The notes: a model not told the origin generated them from the letters alone. DNA of 64,000 nt from an uncultured Clostridiaceae bacterium (GCA_947642455.1 CANRSN010000002.1:48214-112213), one strand, 5' to 3'. Positions 17,280-26,677 are shown, counted from the stretch's first letter. Numbers and translations are program-made.

Positions 17280-18866
17280 ATGAAAACACAAACTACATTA
17301 CATCTGGAGGACTATGTTTATGCCGGGTATCCAGCAATTGTGTTGAATACAGCGGAGGAGAAGCGGGCGTTAGAAGAATGCTACAAAATAGCCGAAGAAC
17401 TAAAAATGCAGTTTCTTGTATGGTCAGAAACAAATGGAATTCAAAAGTATGTTGTTGAGCATGGAGAAGAAGGAAATTTAGAGCTTGTAGCCGAAATGGT
17501 AGAAGAAACAGTAGCTCCTGATGAAGACGCATTAAGTAAAGGTTTAGGATATGGAAGTGATGTAATTTACTGTATGTTAGATTTTCATACATATATCAAA
17601 AGCCCATCAGTTTGTAGAAAGGCAAAAGATGTTTTCAAAGAAGCTAAGGATAAAGGAATAGTCTATATTTTCATAAGTAATAGGTTTGATATTCCAGTAG
17701 AATTAGAACACGAAATTATGGTAACTAATCTTGAATTGCCAAAAAAAGAGCAATTACAGGATGTTCTAGTAGAATTATGCAAAATGTACAAAAGGGATAT
17801 TCCTAAAAACATACATGAGGTTTTAGATGCAGCATTAGGTCTTACCTCATATGAAGCAGAAAATGCTTTTGCAACATCACTTTCAAAAACCAACGAATTT
17901 GATACTGACATTATAAATAATGTTAAAAGACAAATTATTTGTAAAGATGGACTGTTAGAATATACGCAATCGAAGGAAACGCTGGAAACAGTGGGCGGAA
18001 TGAAAGAATTTACAAATTATGCCCAAGAAAGGTTTTCTGCATATTCTATAGAGGCACAAGAATATGGCTTACCATATCCTAAAGGTGTACTACTTGTAGG
18101 AATTCCTGGATGTGGAAAAAGTTTAGCTGCAAAAGCACTTTCAAATATGTGGAAAAAACCGTTACTTAAATTAGATTTAGGAAAACTGTTTGGTTCATTA
18201 GTAGGCGATACTGAAGCAAAGACAAGAAAAGCCTTAGAAATAGCAGAAGCAATGTCTCCAGCTATTTTGTGGATTGACGAAATAGAAAAAGGTCTTTCAG
18301 GAGTAGGAAGTAGTGGAACAACAGACTCAGGGGTAACCTCTAGAATGTTTGGAACTATTCTTACATGGCTTCAGGAAAAGGAAGCACCAGTGTATGTAAT
18401 AGCTACTGCTAACAATATTTCTTCTTTACCACCAGAATTTCTACGAAAAGGTAGATTTGATGAAATCTTTTTTGTAGATTTACCAAATGTTGAAGAAAGA
18501 AATGAAATTTTCAAAATACAAATTAAAAAGCACAAAAGAAAGGCAGAAGATTTTGATATTGAAAAGTTAGCAAATTTAACTGATGGATATACAGGAGCAG
18601 AAATTGAGGAATGTGTTATTTCTTCAATGTTCCATGCATGGAATGATGGAAAAAGACCATATACAACTGAAGATTTAGAACTTGCAATTTCAGAAATTAA
18701 ACCCATGTCAAAAGGAATTATGAGCAGTACAGTTAGTGCTTTAAGAGAGTGGAGTGTAAATCATGGTATTAGAAATGCCAATAGTGTTATTAAAAATGTA
18801 AATGATGAAATTAATAAAGAAAAGAATGGCAGGCAGATAAGATTCAAAAAAGAGGAGGAAAAATAA
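17280..18866 (+). CDS. AAA+ ATPase, Ycf46-like (classical AAA clade)
   Basis: Walker A GIPGCGKSLAAKA, Walker B ILWIDEIEK, VIATANN, and the second region of homology PPEFLRKGRFDEIFFVDLP. The start was set at ATG 17280 after GAAGGGAG; the upstream part of the track ORF overlaps the promoter. Confidence 0.85.
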   Translation: MKTQTTLHLEDYVYAGYPAIVLNTAEEKRALEECYKIAEELKMQFLVWSETNGIQKYVVEHGEEGNLELVAEMVEETVAPDEDALSKGLGYGSDVIYCMLDFHTYIKSPSVCRKAKDVFKEAKDKGIVYIFISNRFDIPVELEHEIMVTNLELPKKEQLQDVLVELCKMYKRDIPKNIHEVLDAALGLTSYEAENAFATSLSKTNEFDTDIINNVKRQIICKDGLLEYTQSKETLETVGGMKEFTNYAQERFSAYSIEAQEYGLPYPKGVLLVGIPGCGKSLAAKALSNMWKKPLLKLDLGKLFGSLVGDTEAKTRKALEIAEAMSPAILWIDEIEKGLSGVGSSGTTDSGVTSRMFGTILTWLQEKEAPVYVIATANNISSLPPEFLRKGRFDEIFFVDLPNVEERNEIFKIQIKKHKRKAEDFDIEKLANLTDGYTGAEIEECVISSMFHAWNDGKRPYTTEDLELAISEIKPMSKGIMSSTVSALREWSVNHGIRNANSVIKNVNDEINKEKNGRQIRFKKEEEK

Positions 18867-19423
18867 TGAGTCATTTTACAAAAATAACAGCAGAAATTAG
18901 GGATTTAGACGTTTTAAAACAGGCACTTAAAAAAATGAATTTAACATTAGAGAAAAACACTAATTGTCGGTATTATTATGGGGCAGAAGTAAGAGAAAAT
19001 GTTATAAAGCTTCCAGGAGTGTACGATGTAGCTGTTGAAGCTCAAAGCGATGGAACATATGCTTTAGATGCCGATTTTTATGAAGGGCATGTTGCAAAAT
19101 ATATTGGAGCAAATGGAGAAGAGCTTTTAAGACAATATTCTATCGAAAAGCTAAAAAAAGAAGCAAAAAACCATGGGTATAAAGTGTATGACAAGGGGAA
19201 TGGTATATTAAAGATCCTTGACACAAAAAGAGCAGGTAAAATTGAAATTGAATGTTTACCAAATGGCAAGATTGAAATCAAGACTTCTGAATATAAAGGA
19301 AAGTCATGTATGAACTTTGAAATTATTGAAAAAGCTCTTGGAAGAATTGACAGTACCAAGAAAACACCAGAGTACTATAAGTCAGAAAAGGCTACAGCGC
19401 AGGTACGAATGGAAGTAAATTAG
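18866..19423 (+). CDS. DUF1257-like N-terminal domain fused to a DUF2997-like C-terminal domain
   Basis: MSHFTKITAEIRDLDVLKQALKKMN...YDVAVEAQSDGTYALDADFY recalls the Ycf35/DUF1257 signature. KIEIECLPNGKIEIKTSEYKGKSCMNFEIIEKALG recalls DUF2997. The start overlaps the AAA stop (TAATG). Confidence 0.55.
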   Translation: MSHFTKITAEIRDLDVLKQALKKMNLTLEKNTNCRYYYGAEVRENVIKLPGVYDVAVEAQSDGTYALDADFYEGHVAKYIGANGEELLRQYSIEKLKKEAKNHGYKVYDKGNGILKILDTKRAGKIEIECLPNGKIEIKTSEYKGKSCMNFEIIEKALGRIDSTKKTPEYYKSEKATAQVRMEVN

Positions 19424-19583
19424 ATAAATAATTAATTTTAAAAAATGAAATTGCATTAAAATGCAATTGTTAATAAATATTATACTTAAAAAATTTTAAG
19501 TAATATTATCACATTTTAATGCAATTTCTTTGCTAAAAGTTAATTATTTATAACAGCCTATATATCATGGAAGGAAACATGTA

Positions 19584-20960
19584 ATGAATAAAAAGATTGC
19601 TATAATAATGTGTAATGATATGCACATGGACATAGAACGATCAAACATATTATTAAATTACATTGTACAAAATGAAAGCTATGATATTGTTTGTGATTAT
19701 ACAATTGCAGATATTGTCATTATTCAAACTTGTGCTTTTGGAAAAAACAAAAAATATAGTCTGCAGGTAATAGCAGATGTAAGAGCAAATGTAGCTAATA
19801 CTTGTAGAGTTATAGTAACAGGTTGCTTGGTTTGTGTTAATAAAGACGCATTAGAGGCTATTTCTGAAATTGAAGTAAAAAGTTTTGAAGAAGTAGTAAA
19901 TATGTTCAAAAAGGCTCCCATAGCTTTGTATGAACAAATTATTCCTCAAAACAAAGTAATTATCTCAGAAGGTTGCAGAAAAAATTGTTCTTACTGCGTA
20001 TATCCACTAATTGTTGGCAAATATAAGAGTAAACCAATAGAAGATGTGTTATTAGAAGTTGAAAAATTGCATGAAACAGAAACAGTTATATATATAACTG
20101 GAGCACAAGAGACATCAGATTATGGTATTGACTTATATGGAAAGCCAAGTTTTCCAGAGCTGTTGCAAAAAATTTGCTCACAGTTTCCAGACTGTAACTA
20201 TATTATTGGGTGGTTTCATCCAGCAGGCTTAACAGAAGAGATGCTCTCTATTATAGAAAAAAATAAAAATATAATAGAAGTAATGCTTCATATTCAACAT
20301 GTTAATGAAAGAATCCTTAAAAATATGAATCGACCAACAATGGATTTTACAGATAAAAAGATTCAAAAATTAAGGAAGGTAAGACCAGATTTGGTCATAT
20401 CAACAGAAGTAATAGTTGGTTTTCCAGGAGAAAGTCAAGAAGACTTTGAAGAATTGATAATGTATTTAAGCAAAGGGTATTTTGATGATATAGGAGTGGC
20501 AAGTTATGAGCAAGTTTTAGGAACAAAGGCTTCAGTTATGGAAGATCAGGTTCCAGAAAAAATTAAGGAAGAAAGGCTAAACATTATTCAAAACGTGTTT
20601 AGGGCATGTACATACCCAACCAGCAAGAGTTATAATATGTCAGTTATTGAAGAATATATAAAAGCATATGGATTATTTAAAAATATTCCAAGAAATATTT
20701 TAAATAATAGACAAAAATATAATTTAATAGCTGGGGTAGACACAAAAACTAAAACTGAAGATTTTGAAGAATGTTTAAAAGAAATGTATGAATGTGTTAT
20801 TAATTCAAGAAGTGAGTTTGACTTCAAGAGAAATAAAAAATACTTGAAAGAAAAATACACTTTAGAAGCTAGAACATTTTTCTACCATGTTTTAAAAAAT
20901 GGAAACTTTAAAAATGCAATTAAGCAAAGAGGTAAAGAATTATTATTAGATTATTTCTAA
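19584..20960 (+). CDS. radical-SAM methylthiotransferase, MiaB/RimO/MtaB family, without a recognisable TRAM domain
   Basis: The three N-terminal MTTase cysteines are present (IIMCNDM, IQTCAF, VTGCLV). The radical-SAM motif is CRKNCSYC, followed by GFPGESQEDFEEL. The last 110 aa or so look helical and do not resemble TRAM. Confidence 0.75.
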   Translation: MNKKIAIIMCNDMHMDIERSNILLNYIVQNESYDIVCDYTIADIVIIQTCAFGKNKKYSLQVIADVRANVANTCRVIVTGCLVCVNKDALEAISEIEVKSFEEVVNMFKKAPIALYEQIIPQNKVIISEGCRKNCSYCVYPLIVGKYKSKPIEDVLLEVEKLHETETVIYITGAQETSDYGIDLYGKPSFPELLQKICSQFPDCNYIIGWFHPAGLTEEMLSIIEKNKNIIEVMLHIQHVNERILKNMNRPTMDFTDKKIQKLRKVRPDLVISTEVIVGFPGESQEDFEELIMYLSKGYFDDIGVASYEQVLGTKASVMEDQVPEKIKEERLNIIQNVFRACTYPTSKSYNMSVIEEYIKAYGLFKNIPRNILNNRQKYNLIAGVDTKTKTEDFEECLKEMYECVINSRSEFDFKRNKKYLKEKYTLEARTFFYHVLKNGNFKNAIKQRGKELLLDYF

Positions 20961-20990
20961 GATTAAATTTAAGCTAAGAAGGGGAAGCAT

Positions 20991-21860
20991 ATGAAGAAAA
21001 AGACTATAAAGGAAAATCGTATAATTCGGTTTCACAAGGCTCAAGAGAATAATAATCAGGTTTCAGACAAATATGTAGATGATGAAAAATTAGTAGAAGA
21101 AGAGTCTGAACAAATAAATACAAATGAAATAGGAGAGGGAAAATCCAAGAAGGTAAATACAGACGAGGAAGATGAAGAAGAACAAAATCGAAGAAAAATC
21201 TATAAAGCATATGAAGAATTAAAAGATACAGTAAAAGATGTCATATTAGACAGGCGAACTTCTAATATGATAGGAGTTTTCGGAATAAACGCAGATAATG
21301 TTGTAAATATGTTTTGTAGAAAAAGTGATAGTTTGACAGAAAAAAATTATTTAGGTAAGATATGTTATTCTGAAGCAATGGATATATATAATTCTATTGC
21401 AGCATTACTCATAGAATATGTACAAAAGCAACTTCCACAAAGATGGTATTATGGAAATAATGCAGATTTAGTTGAACAAATTGAAAATGTATATGTAAAT
21501 CCTAATGAAGATTTGAGTAATGAGTATTCAACATTAAGAGGCTTATCAAAAATATCCAAAAAGTACCAAAGAGAACGGAATATTTTAGGAATTATTAGTA
21601 ACTTAAAGAGAATCAATACTGGAATTAACAAATATTTTCTCATTGTGGAATTAGAAGATTTGAATTATGATGTATTGAATAAACTTTCGAAATTGGATAA
21701 TTCAAATCTAGTTATAATTGTACATGCTTTGTATAGAACTGATAGTATTGATGAAGATATATTGTTTAAGTTTTTTACATATAAAAATTGTATTAAGGCA
21801 GAAGGAATAATAAGACGAAAAAAAGCTCAAAAGAAGCAAAAAAATTATTGTTGTTGTTAA
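20991..21860 (+). CDS. hypothetical protein, paralogue of 15842..16780; ends in ...KNYCCC
   Basis: 289 aa, collinear with the first copy. It has an acidic N-terminal region, NMIGVFGINADN and YFLIVELEDLNYDVLNKLSKLDNSNLVIIVH. Confidence 0.6.
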   Translation: MKKKTIKENRIIRFHKAQENNNQVSDKYVDDEKLVEEESEQINTNEIGEGKSKKVNTDEEDEEEQNRRKIYKAYEELKDTVKDVILDRRTSNMIGVFGINADNVVNMFCRKSDSLTEKNYLGKICYSEAMDIYNSIAALLIEYVQKQLPQRWYYGNNADLVEQIENVYVNPNEDLSNEYSTLRGLSKISKKYQRERNILGIISNLKRINTGINKYFLIVELEDLNYDVLNKLSKLDNSNLVIIVHALYRTDSIDEDILFKFFTYKNCIKAEGIIRRKKAQKKQKNYCCC

Positions 21861-21870
21861 GGAGGAAAAC

Positions 21871-23100
21871 ATGATAATAATAGACCTTGATGAGCGGAAA
21901 TTCTATCAAAATGAAGAGCCAGCTAATTTTGGAAAAACGAAGTTTATAGAAATGTGCAAAGAGTATTTTAAGCAATTTTATCAAGATGAAACTATAATAA
22001 AATTAATAAAAGAAATGCAAGATGAAATATTATATACAGTGCAAGGGGATAAAGTGTTTTTAGTAGTAAAAAATGAAACAATGTATTGTATAAATGATAC
22101 TTATCCCATAAAGATATGTAAATTTGAAGAAAATTTATATGGCATAAAAGATACTGCACATAAGGTTTTTCAAGAATGTTTTGAAGACTGTTTTCCTAGA
22201 TTTAAAAGACTAATACTAGGTTATAAACAATGGAACGAAAAAGACATAAAATCAATACCTACTATCGATGTAGATATAGGGAGTCATAAGGATTTTGAGG
22301 AGTATATTAATGAATTTAAAGAAATTATTAAAGATATACTACTCACAATACTAAAAGGAGATTTATGTGATAAAGTATGTTCTGAAATTGTGGAAGCATA
22401 TAAAAGCAACATTCTAGAAAATAATCCTATTCTAGTATTGGTGAAAAAATGTGAAAATGCTAAAGAGATCTATAGTAAAGGAATATATGTAATTACAGAA
22501 AAACTAGAAGTAAAAAAAGTATCATATTTTGTTCTTGAAGGAGAATTAGAGCAAATAATAGGTAAGGTAATGCCAAAAGACAAAGCTCTTTTAGTAAATC
22601 CAATATATAATTACATACAAGTATTTTCAAGGAAGGTAAAACCAATTATTAGAGTTAATAAATTATATCCTGAAGGAGTAAGTGCTATATTATCTTTTTA
22701 CAACGAAAACCAGACACCAATAGTTATAAAATATGGAGCTGGATGTTGTTATGCGCTTTTGCCTTATCATCGTAATTGGAGTGTAAATCCTTTCAATATT
22801 AATATAGAAGAAGATAAGGAATACGATGAAACTTTAATTTTTAATGAAATGAAAGCAATAGATAAAGGTAGATTCAAAGATGTAGAGTGTTATGTTATGT
22901 CACAAACAAAAAAATATGAAAACACTAAGATTGAAATGCCTGAAGTACTTGAAAACAATGTACTATATAAATTAGAAAAAGAAGAATTGAAAGTCATACC
23001 GGACACACCAGATGACAGATTTACAGCTAGGAATAATATTTTCAGTAAGCGTGAAATCTATATGTTATGTAAACTTAATATTAAAGGAATAGGAATTTAA
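21871..23100 (+). CDS. hypothetical protein (409 aa), no recognisable family
   Basis: Good RBS (AAGGAGG), long ORF, last gene before the terminator. Confidence 0.55.
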   Translation: MIIIDLDERKFYQNEEPANFGKTKFIEMCKEYFKQFYQDETIIKLIKEMQDEILYTVQGDKVFLVVKNETMYCINDTYPIKICKFEENLYGIKDTAHKVFQECFEDCFPRFKRLILGYKQWNEKDIKSIPTIDVDIGSHKDFEEYINEFKEIIKDILLTILKGDLCDKVCSEIVEAYKSNILENNPILVLVKKCENAKEIYSKGIYVITEKLEVKKVSYFVLEGELEQIIGKVMPKDKALLVNPIYNYIQVFSRKVKPIIRVNKLYPEGVSAILSFYNENQTPIVIKYGAGCCYALLPYHRNWSVNPFNINIEEDKEYDETLIFNEMKAIDKGRFKDVECYVMSQTKKYENTKIEMPEVLENNVLYKLEKEELKVIPDTPDDRFTARNNIFSKREIYMLCKLNIKGIGI

Positions 23101-23104
23101 TCAA

Positions 23105-23148
23105 AGTAGAGAATACTTTACCAGTAGTGGTAGAGTATTCTCTATTTT
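23105..23148 (+). terminator. hairpin terminator of the operon
   Basis: agtagagaatacttta ccagtagt ggtagagtattctctatttt. Confidence 0.6.
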
Positions 23149-23356
23149 CTTATACAATAGGAAAGTCATACGGACTTTTCCTATTGTATAAAAAGCTTCG
23201 CAAATATTGTGCACAAATTTTTAAAAAAATTTGGCACAGAACAAATTTACGGAAAGCCAAAGAGAAAAGTTAAAGTTATGCTAATTTAAAGGCTTTCCGA
23301 TTTGTTCGTATATAAAAGCTTTGCCAAACGTCCCACACAAAATTGCTAATATAAAA

Positions 23357-23371
23357 TGATAATTATTATCA
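23357..23371. promoter_or_regulatory. perfect 7-1-7 Fur-type box (distal)
   Basis: TGATAATtATTATCA, embedded in aaaaTGATAATTATTATCAtttt. Confidence 0.6.
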
Positions 23372-23611
23372 TTTTATATTAAATGCCACTGGAAACAGTT
23401 AGAAAATAAGCGTTTTTAGAAAACGGAAAAAGTTAATGTAATAATTTTGTAACAAAAATGCAATAAAATTGTAATAAAAAAATACAACTTAGTTATATCA
23501 ATATATCTAAAAAAGAGTTTGCCAAAAAAACATACTGTAAAAAAAAGGAAATTCCATAAAACAAGCTATATATCAATAAAATATGCTAGTGTATACATAA
23601 AGACTACATGT

Positions 23612-23640
23612 TTGACATTATATTTTTTCTAGTATAATAT
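23612..23640 (+). promoter_or_regulatory. candidate nrdD promoter
   Basis: TTGACA at 23612-23617 and tagTATAATat at 23630-23640. The spacing is 15-17 nt depending on which -10 register is used. Confidence 0.45.
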
Positions 23641-23690
23641 ATGGGTGTTTCCAATTAGAATTTATTAAAAATTCTTAAAAACTTCAAAAA

Positions 23691-23705
23691 TGATAATAAT
23701 TATCA
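23691..23705. promoter_or_regulatory. perfect 7-1-7 Fur-type box (proximal, between promoter and nrdD start)
   Basis: TGATAATaATTATCA, embedded in aaaaTGATAATAATTATCAttttt. Confidence 0.6.
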
Positions 23706-23771
23706 TTTTTGGAGTAAAAACTAGGAAACAAACTAAATTAAAACAAAAAAGTAATATAGGGGGAATATTAA

Positions 23772-26063
23772 ATGCAAGTAATTAAAAGAGATGGAAGATT
23801 AGCAGAATTTAATCCAGAAAGGATTGTAAAAGCAGTAACACTAGCAATGTCACAAACACCAGGAGGTGTAGATATAGATTTAGCCAACAAAATAGCAGAA
23901 GGTGTAAGAAAGCAAATTGAAGATAAAAATCAAACAACAGTATATGAAATACAAGACTTAGTAGAAAAAAAATTAATGGCATCAACAAGAAAAGAAGTTG
24001 CACAAAATTATATTACATATAGATATAACAGAGATGTTGCAAGAAAATCAAGAACAAAAGAGATGTTTTTAGAAATAATAGAAACAAAGTCAAATGATGT
24101 AACAAGAGAAAATGCAAACATGAATGCAGACACACCAGCAGGAATGATGATGAAATTTGCATCAGAAACAACAAAACCATTCGTAGATGACTTCTTATTA
24201 TCACAAGAAGCAAGAGAAGCATTTCAAAAAGGCTATATACATATACATGACAAAGATTATTATCCAACAAAATCTCTAACATGTTTGCAACATCCATTAG
24301 ATAAAATATTAGAAAATGGATTCAGAGCAGGACATGGAGCATCAAGACCAGCAAAAAGAATAGAAACAGCAAGCATACTAGGTTGTATATCAATGGAAAC
24401 TGTACAAAACGAAATGCACGGAGGACAAGCTATACCAGCATTTGACTACTATTTAGCACCATATGTTAAATTAACATTTAAAGAAGAACTTAAAAAAGTA
24501 GAAGAAATAGTTGGAAAAGATTTATCAGACTTATACGATTATCAACCAGAAGACTATATTAAAAAAGATTTAAAAGGACTAGAAGGAAAAGAAAGAGACA
24601 TACAAGCAGCAATAAATAATACAGTTTCAAGAGTACATCAATCAATGGAAGCATTTATACATAATATGAATACAATACATTCAAGAGGTGGAAATCAAGT
24701 TGTATTTAGTTCAATAAATTATGGAACAGACACAACTCCAGAAGGTAGATGTATAATAAGAGAAATACTTCTTTCAACAGAAAGAGGAGTTGGAAATAAT
24801 GAAACACCAATATTTCCAATACAAATTTGGAAGAAAAAAAGAGGAGTAAATTATTTACCAGAAGACAGAAACTATGACTTATACAAATTATCATGTAGAG
24901 TAGCAGCAAAAAGGTTTTTCCCAAACTACATAAACTTAGATTCAACATTTAATAGTCATGAAAAATGGAAAGCAGAAGATCCAAAAAGATACATGTATGA
25001 ATGTGCAACAATGGGTTGTAGAACAAGAGTATTTGCAGATAGACATGGAGAAAAAACATCAGTAGGAAGAGGAAATTTATCTTTTTCAACAGTAAACTTA
25101 GTAAGAATAGCAATAGAATCAGCATATGAAGCACAAGAACAAACAGGAGTAAAATTTGTATTAGGTAGAGGTAGCGAAGAGAGTATGACACCAGCATACA
25201 AAAAGGCAGTTAAAAAAATATTTATGCAAAAATTAGAAAAATATTGTGATATAACAGCAAGACAATTATACGATAGATATAAATTCCAATCTACAGCAAT
25301 AGCAAAACAATTCCCATTACTAATGAGTGGCTTATGGGTTGGAAGTGAAAACTTAAAACCAAACGATAATATATCATCAATAATAAAACATGGAACTTTA
25401 GGACTTGGATTTATAGGCTTAGCAGAATGTTTAACAGTTATTACAGGAAAACACCACGGAGAATCAGAAGACTCACAAAAATTAGGGTTAGAAATAATTG
25501 GCTTAATACATGAATGTTGCGCAAATTATTCAGATAGATATGACTTAAACTATTCAGTATTAGCAACACCAGCAGAGGGCTTAGCAGGTAGGTTTACAAA
25601 AATAGATAGAAAAGAATTTGGAACAATATTAGGAGTTACAGACAGAGATTATTATACAAATTCAAACCATGTACCAGTATGGTATAAATGTACAGCAGAA
25701 CATAAAGCAAAAATAGAAGCACCATATCATGCAATGACAGAAGGTGGTCATATATTCTATATAGAATTAGATGGAGATGCAACACATAACCCAGAAAGTA
25801 TAGAAGCAGTAGTTGATTTAATGGATAAATATAACATGGGGTATGGAAGTGTAAACCATACACGTTCAAGATGTATGGACTGTGGCTTTGAAAACTCTGA
25901 TGCAGATTTAAAAGAATGCCCAGTATGTGGAAGTAAAAATATAGATACAATTCAAAGAATAACAGGTTATTTAGTTGGAACAACATCTCGTTGGAATAGT
26001 GCTAAACTTTCAGAATTAAATGATAGAGTAACACATGTAGATGGTGGAATAGCAGGAAAATAA
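23772..26063 (+). CDS. nrdD: anaerobic ribonucleoside-triphosphate reductase (class III)
   Basis: N-terminal ATP-cone (VIKRDGRLAEFNPERI), a C-terminal Zn ribbon CMDCGF...CPVCGS, and the glycyl-radical motif RITGYLVG. Confidence 0.95.
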   Translation: MQVIKRDGRLAEFNPERIVKAVTLAMSQTPGGVDIDLANKIAEGVRKQIEDKNQTTVYEIQDLVEKKLMASTRKEVAQNYITYRYNRDVARKSRTKEMFLEIIETKSNDVTRENANMNADTPAGMMMKFASETTKPFVDDFLLSQEAREAFQKGYIHIHDKDYYPTKSLTCLQHPLDKILENGFRAGHGASRPAKRIETASILGCISMETVQNEMHGGQAIPAFDYYLAPYVKLTFKEELKKVEEIVGKDLSDLYDYQPEDYIKKDLKGLEGKERDIQAAINNTVSRVHQSMEAFIHNMNTIHSRGGNQVVFSSINYGTDTTPEGRCIIREILLSTERGVGNNETPIFPIQIWKKKRGVNYLPEDRNYDLYKLSCRVAAKRFFPNYINLDSTFNSHEKWKAEDPKRYMYECATMGCRTRVFADRHGEKTSVGRGNLSFSTVNLVRIAIESAYEAQEQTGVKFVLGRGSEESMTPAYKKAVKKIFMQKLEKYCDITARQLYDRYKFQSTAIAKQFPLLMSGLWVGSENLKPNDNISSIIKHGTLGLGFIGLAECLTVITGKHHGESEDSQKLGLEIIGLIHECCANYSDRYDLNYSVLATPAEGLAGRFTKIDRKEFGTILGVTDRDYYTNSNHVPVWYKCTAEHKAKIEAPYHAMTEGGHIFYIELDGDATHNPESIEAVVDLMDKYNMGYGSVNHTRSRCMDCGFENSDADLKECPVCGSKNIDTIQRITGYLVGTTSRWNSAKLSELNDRVTHVDGGIAGK

Positions 26064-26173
26064 ATTTATATACAGTTAGTACTAAAAAATAGAAATACAA
26101 GCTGTTTTAGTAACAATAAAAGTTAATAAATAATAAATTATACAAATGTACAAAAGTAGGGGGAAATATAGAT

Positions 26174-26677
26174 ATGAAAATGGCAGGTTTTTATGATGAA
26201 AGCATATCAAATGGTTTAGGATGGAGAGCAGTATTATTTGTAAGCGGTTGCCCTCATAACTGTCCAGGATGCCAAAATAAACAAGCACAAGATTATAATT
26301 ATGGAGTAGAGTTTAATAAACAAGAAATAATAGATAGAATATGTGAAAATTCAATATTAAAAGGAATTACTATAAGTGGTGGGGAACCACTTTGCAAAGA
26401 AAATATTTCTGAAGTATTAGAATTTATAAAAGACGTTAAAAAGGTAAAACCAAATTTTGATGTATGGTGTTATTCAGGGTATACATTAGAACAACTAGAA
26501 CAAAGAGATGACCAAATAACAAAAGAAACTTTAAAAAATATAGATGTATTAGTAGATGGAAGGTTTGTTCAAGAAAAGAAAAATCCTACATTGAAATTTA
26601 AAGGTTCAGAAAACCAAAGAATTTTAGATGTACAAAAATGTATACAACAAAATAAAATCGTTCAAGTTGCGATTTAA
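26174..26677 (+). CDS. nrdG: anaerobic RNR activating protein (radical SAM)
   Basis: 167 aa with VSGCPHNCPGCQN (CxxxCxxC) and ITISGGEPL. It lies immediately downstream of nrdD. Confidence 0.9.
   Translation: MKMAGFYDESISNGLGWRAVLFVSGCPHNCPGCQNKQAQDYNYGVEFNKQEIIDRICENSILKGITISGGEPLCKENISEVLEFIKDVKKVKPNFDVWCYSGYTLEQLEQRDDQITKETLKNIDVLVDGRFVQEKKNPTLKFKGSENQRILDVQKCIQQNKIVQVAI

Noticed and set aside
16981-17289. 102-aa minus-strand ORF.
   Set aside because: It spans the palindromic MITE-like element and the operon promoter/leader. The same element elsewhere (31.2 and 35.0 kb) does not keep an ORF.
20991-21860. Idea that the C-terminal CCC of the gene-4 paralogue marks a RiPP precursor for the radical-SAM enzyme.
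   Set aside because: The protein is 289 aa with a folded-looking domain. The paralogue at 15842 lacks the tail. MTTase-family enzymes are not known RiPP maturases. I kept this only as a remark within the operon finding.
23540-23650. NrdR boxes at the nrdD promoter.
   Set aside because: Only weak partial matches to the acaCwAtATaTwGtgt-type palindrome are present (aagctatatatcaat, tagtataatatatggg). Their spacing of about 70 bp does not fit the usual tandem arrangement.
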